A stretch of DNA of 63,531 nucleotides, filler included, from Octopus bimaculoides (Eukaryota), in assembly GCF_001194135.2 (NCBI RefSeq). It is 4 parts of 4 records of this genome, joined end to end, with 100 filler letters (N's around TTAATTAATTAA, not from the genome) between each part and the next. Parts side by side here need not be neighbours in the genome. Positions count along the whole stretch, not along the records: positions 61,137 to 63,531 come from NC_068987.1; 3 more parts are not named here. One strand, given 5' to 3'. The notes under the pieces were generated by a model. The model saw only the letters and a list, made by a program, of their open reading frames with translations. It did no database searches and had not been told where the DNA came from. The stretch's first letter is position 1. Each line of letters starts with the position of its first letter. A program made the translations under genes and the position numbers. Shown here in pieces: positions 63,397 to 63,531 of the stretch.

Positions 63397-63531
63397 GTAA
63401 GTATGAAAATAAATATCTAAAAACAATTAAGATAAAATACACTACTTCTGAAATATTTCAGTTACACACAAACATCCCTAGAGTTTTAGTATTATTGAGA
63501 TATATATGTTTGTATACATACAGATATATAT

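Overview
Eukaryotic, AT-rich, repeat-dense scaffold with about 7 kb of N gaps. The SINE, LINE and microsatellite landscape looks octopus-like (inference). The window appears to be almost entirely intronic sequence of an atypical protein kinase C (aPKC, PKC iota/zeta type) gene on the + strand. One exon is unambiguous (C1 domain, 32987-33121), one hinge exon is well supported (36418-36493), and two frame-preserving microexons are candidates (43153-43185, 63358-63396). No pseudosubstrate or kinase-domain exon was found. The rest is transposon debris: Dong/R4 and other RLE LINEs, an L1/Tx1-like LINE, RTE fragments, Penelope-like fragments with hammerhead ribozyme motifs, several tRNA-derived SINE families, Tc1/mariner, pogo/Tigger and hAT MITEs, foldbacks, minisatellites and microsatellites. 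Main leads: (1) a Penelope-linked module of tRNA-like Pol III head, TAA tract and minimal hammerhead that also occurs on its own; (2) a possible internal promoter/first exon and hinge microexons, relevant to PKM formation; (3) RLE LINEs associated with (CATA)n and (TAA)n microsatellites; (4) domain-wise CpG decay visible by comparing copies of the same repeat. All alignments were done by eye, and repeat boundaries are approximate unless a TIR, TSD or splice site is quoted.
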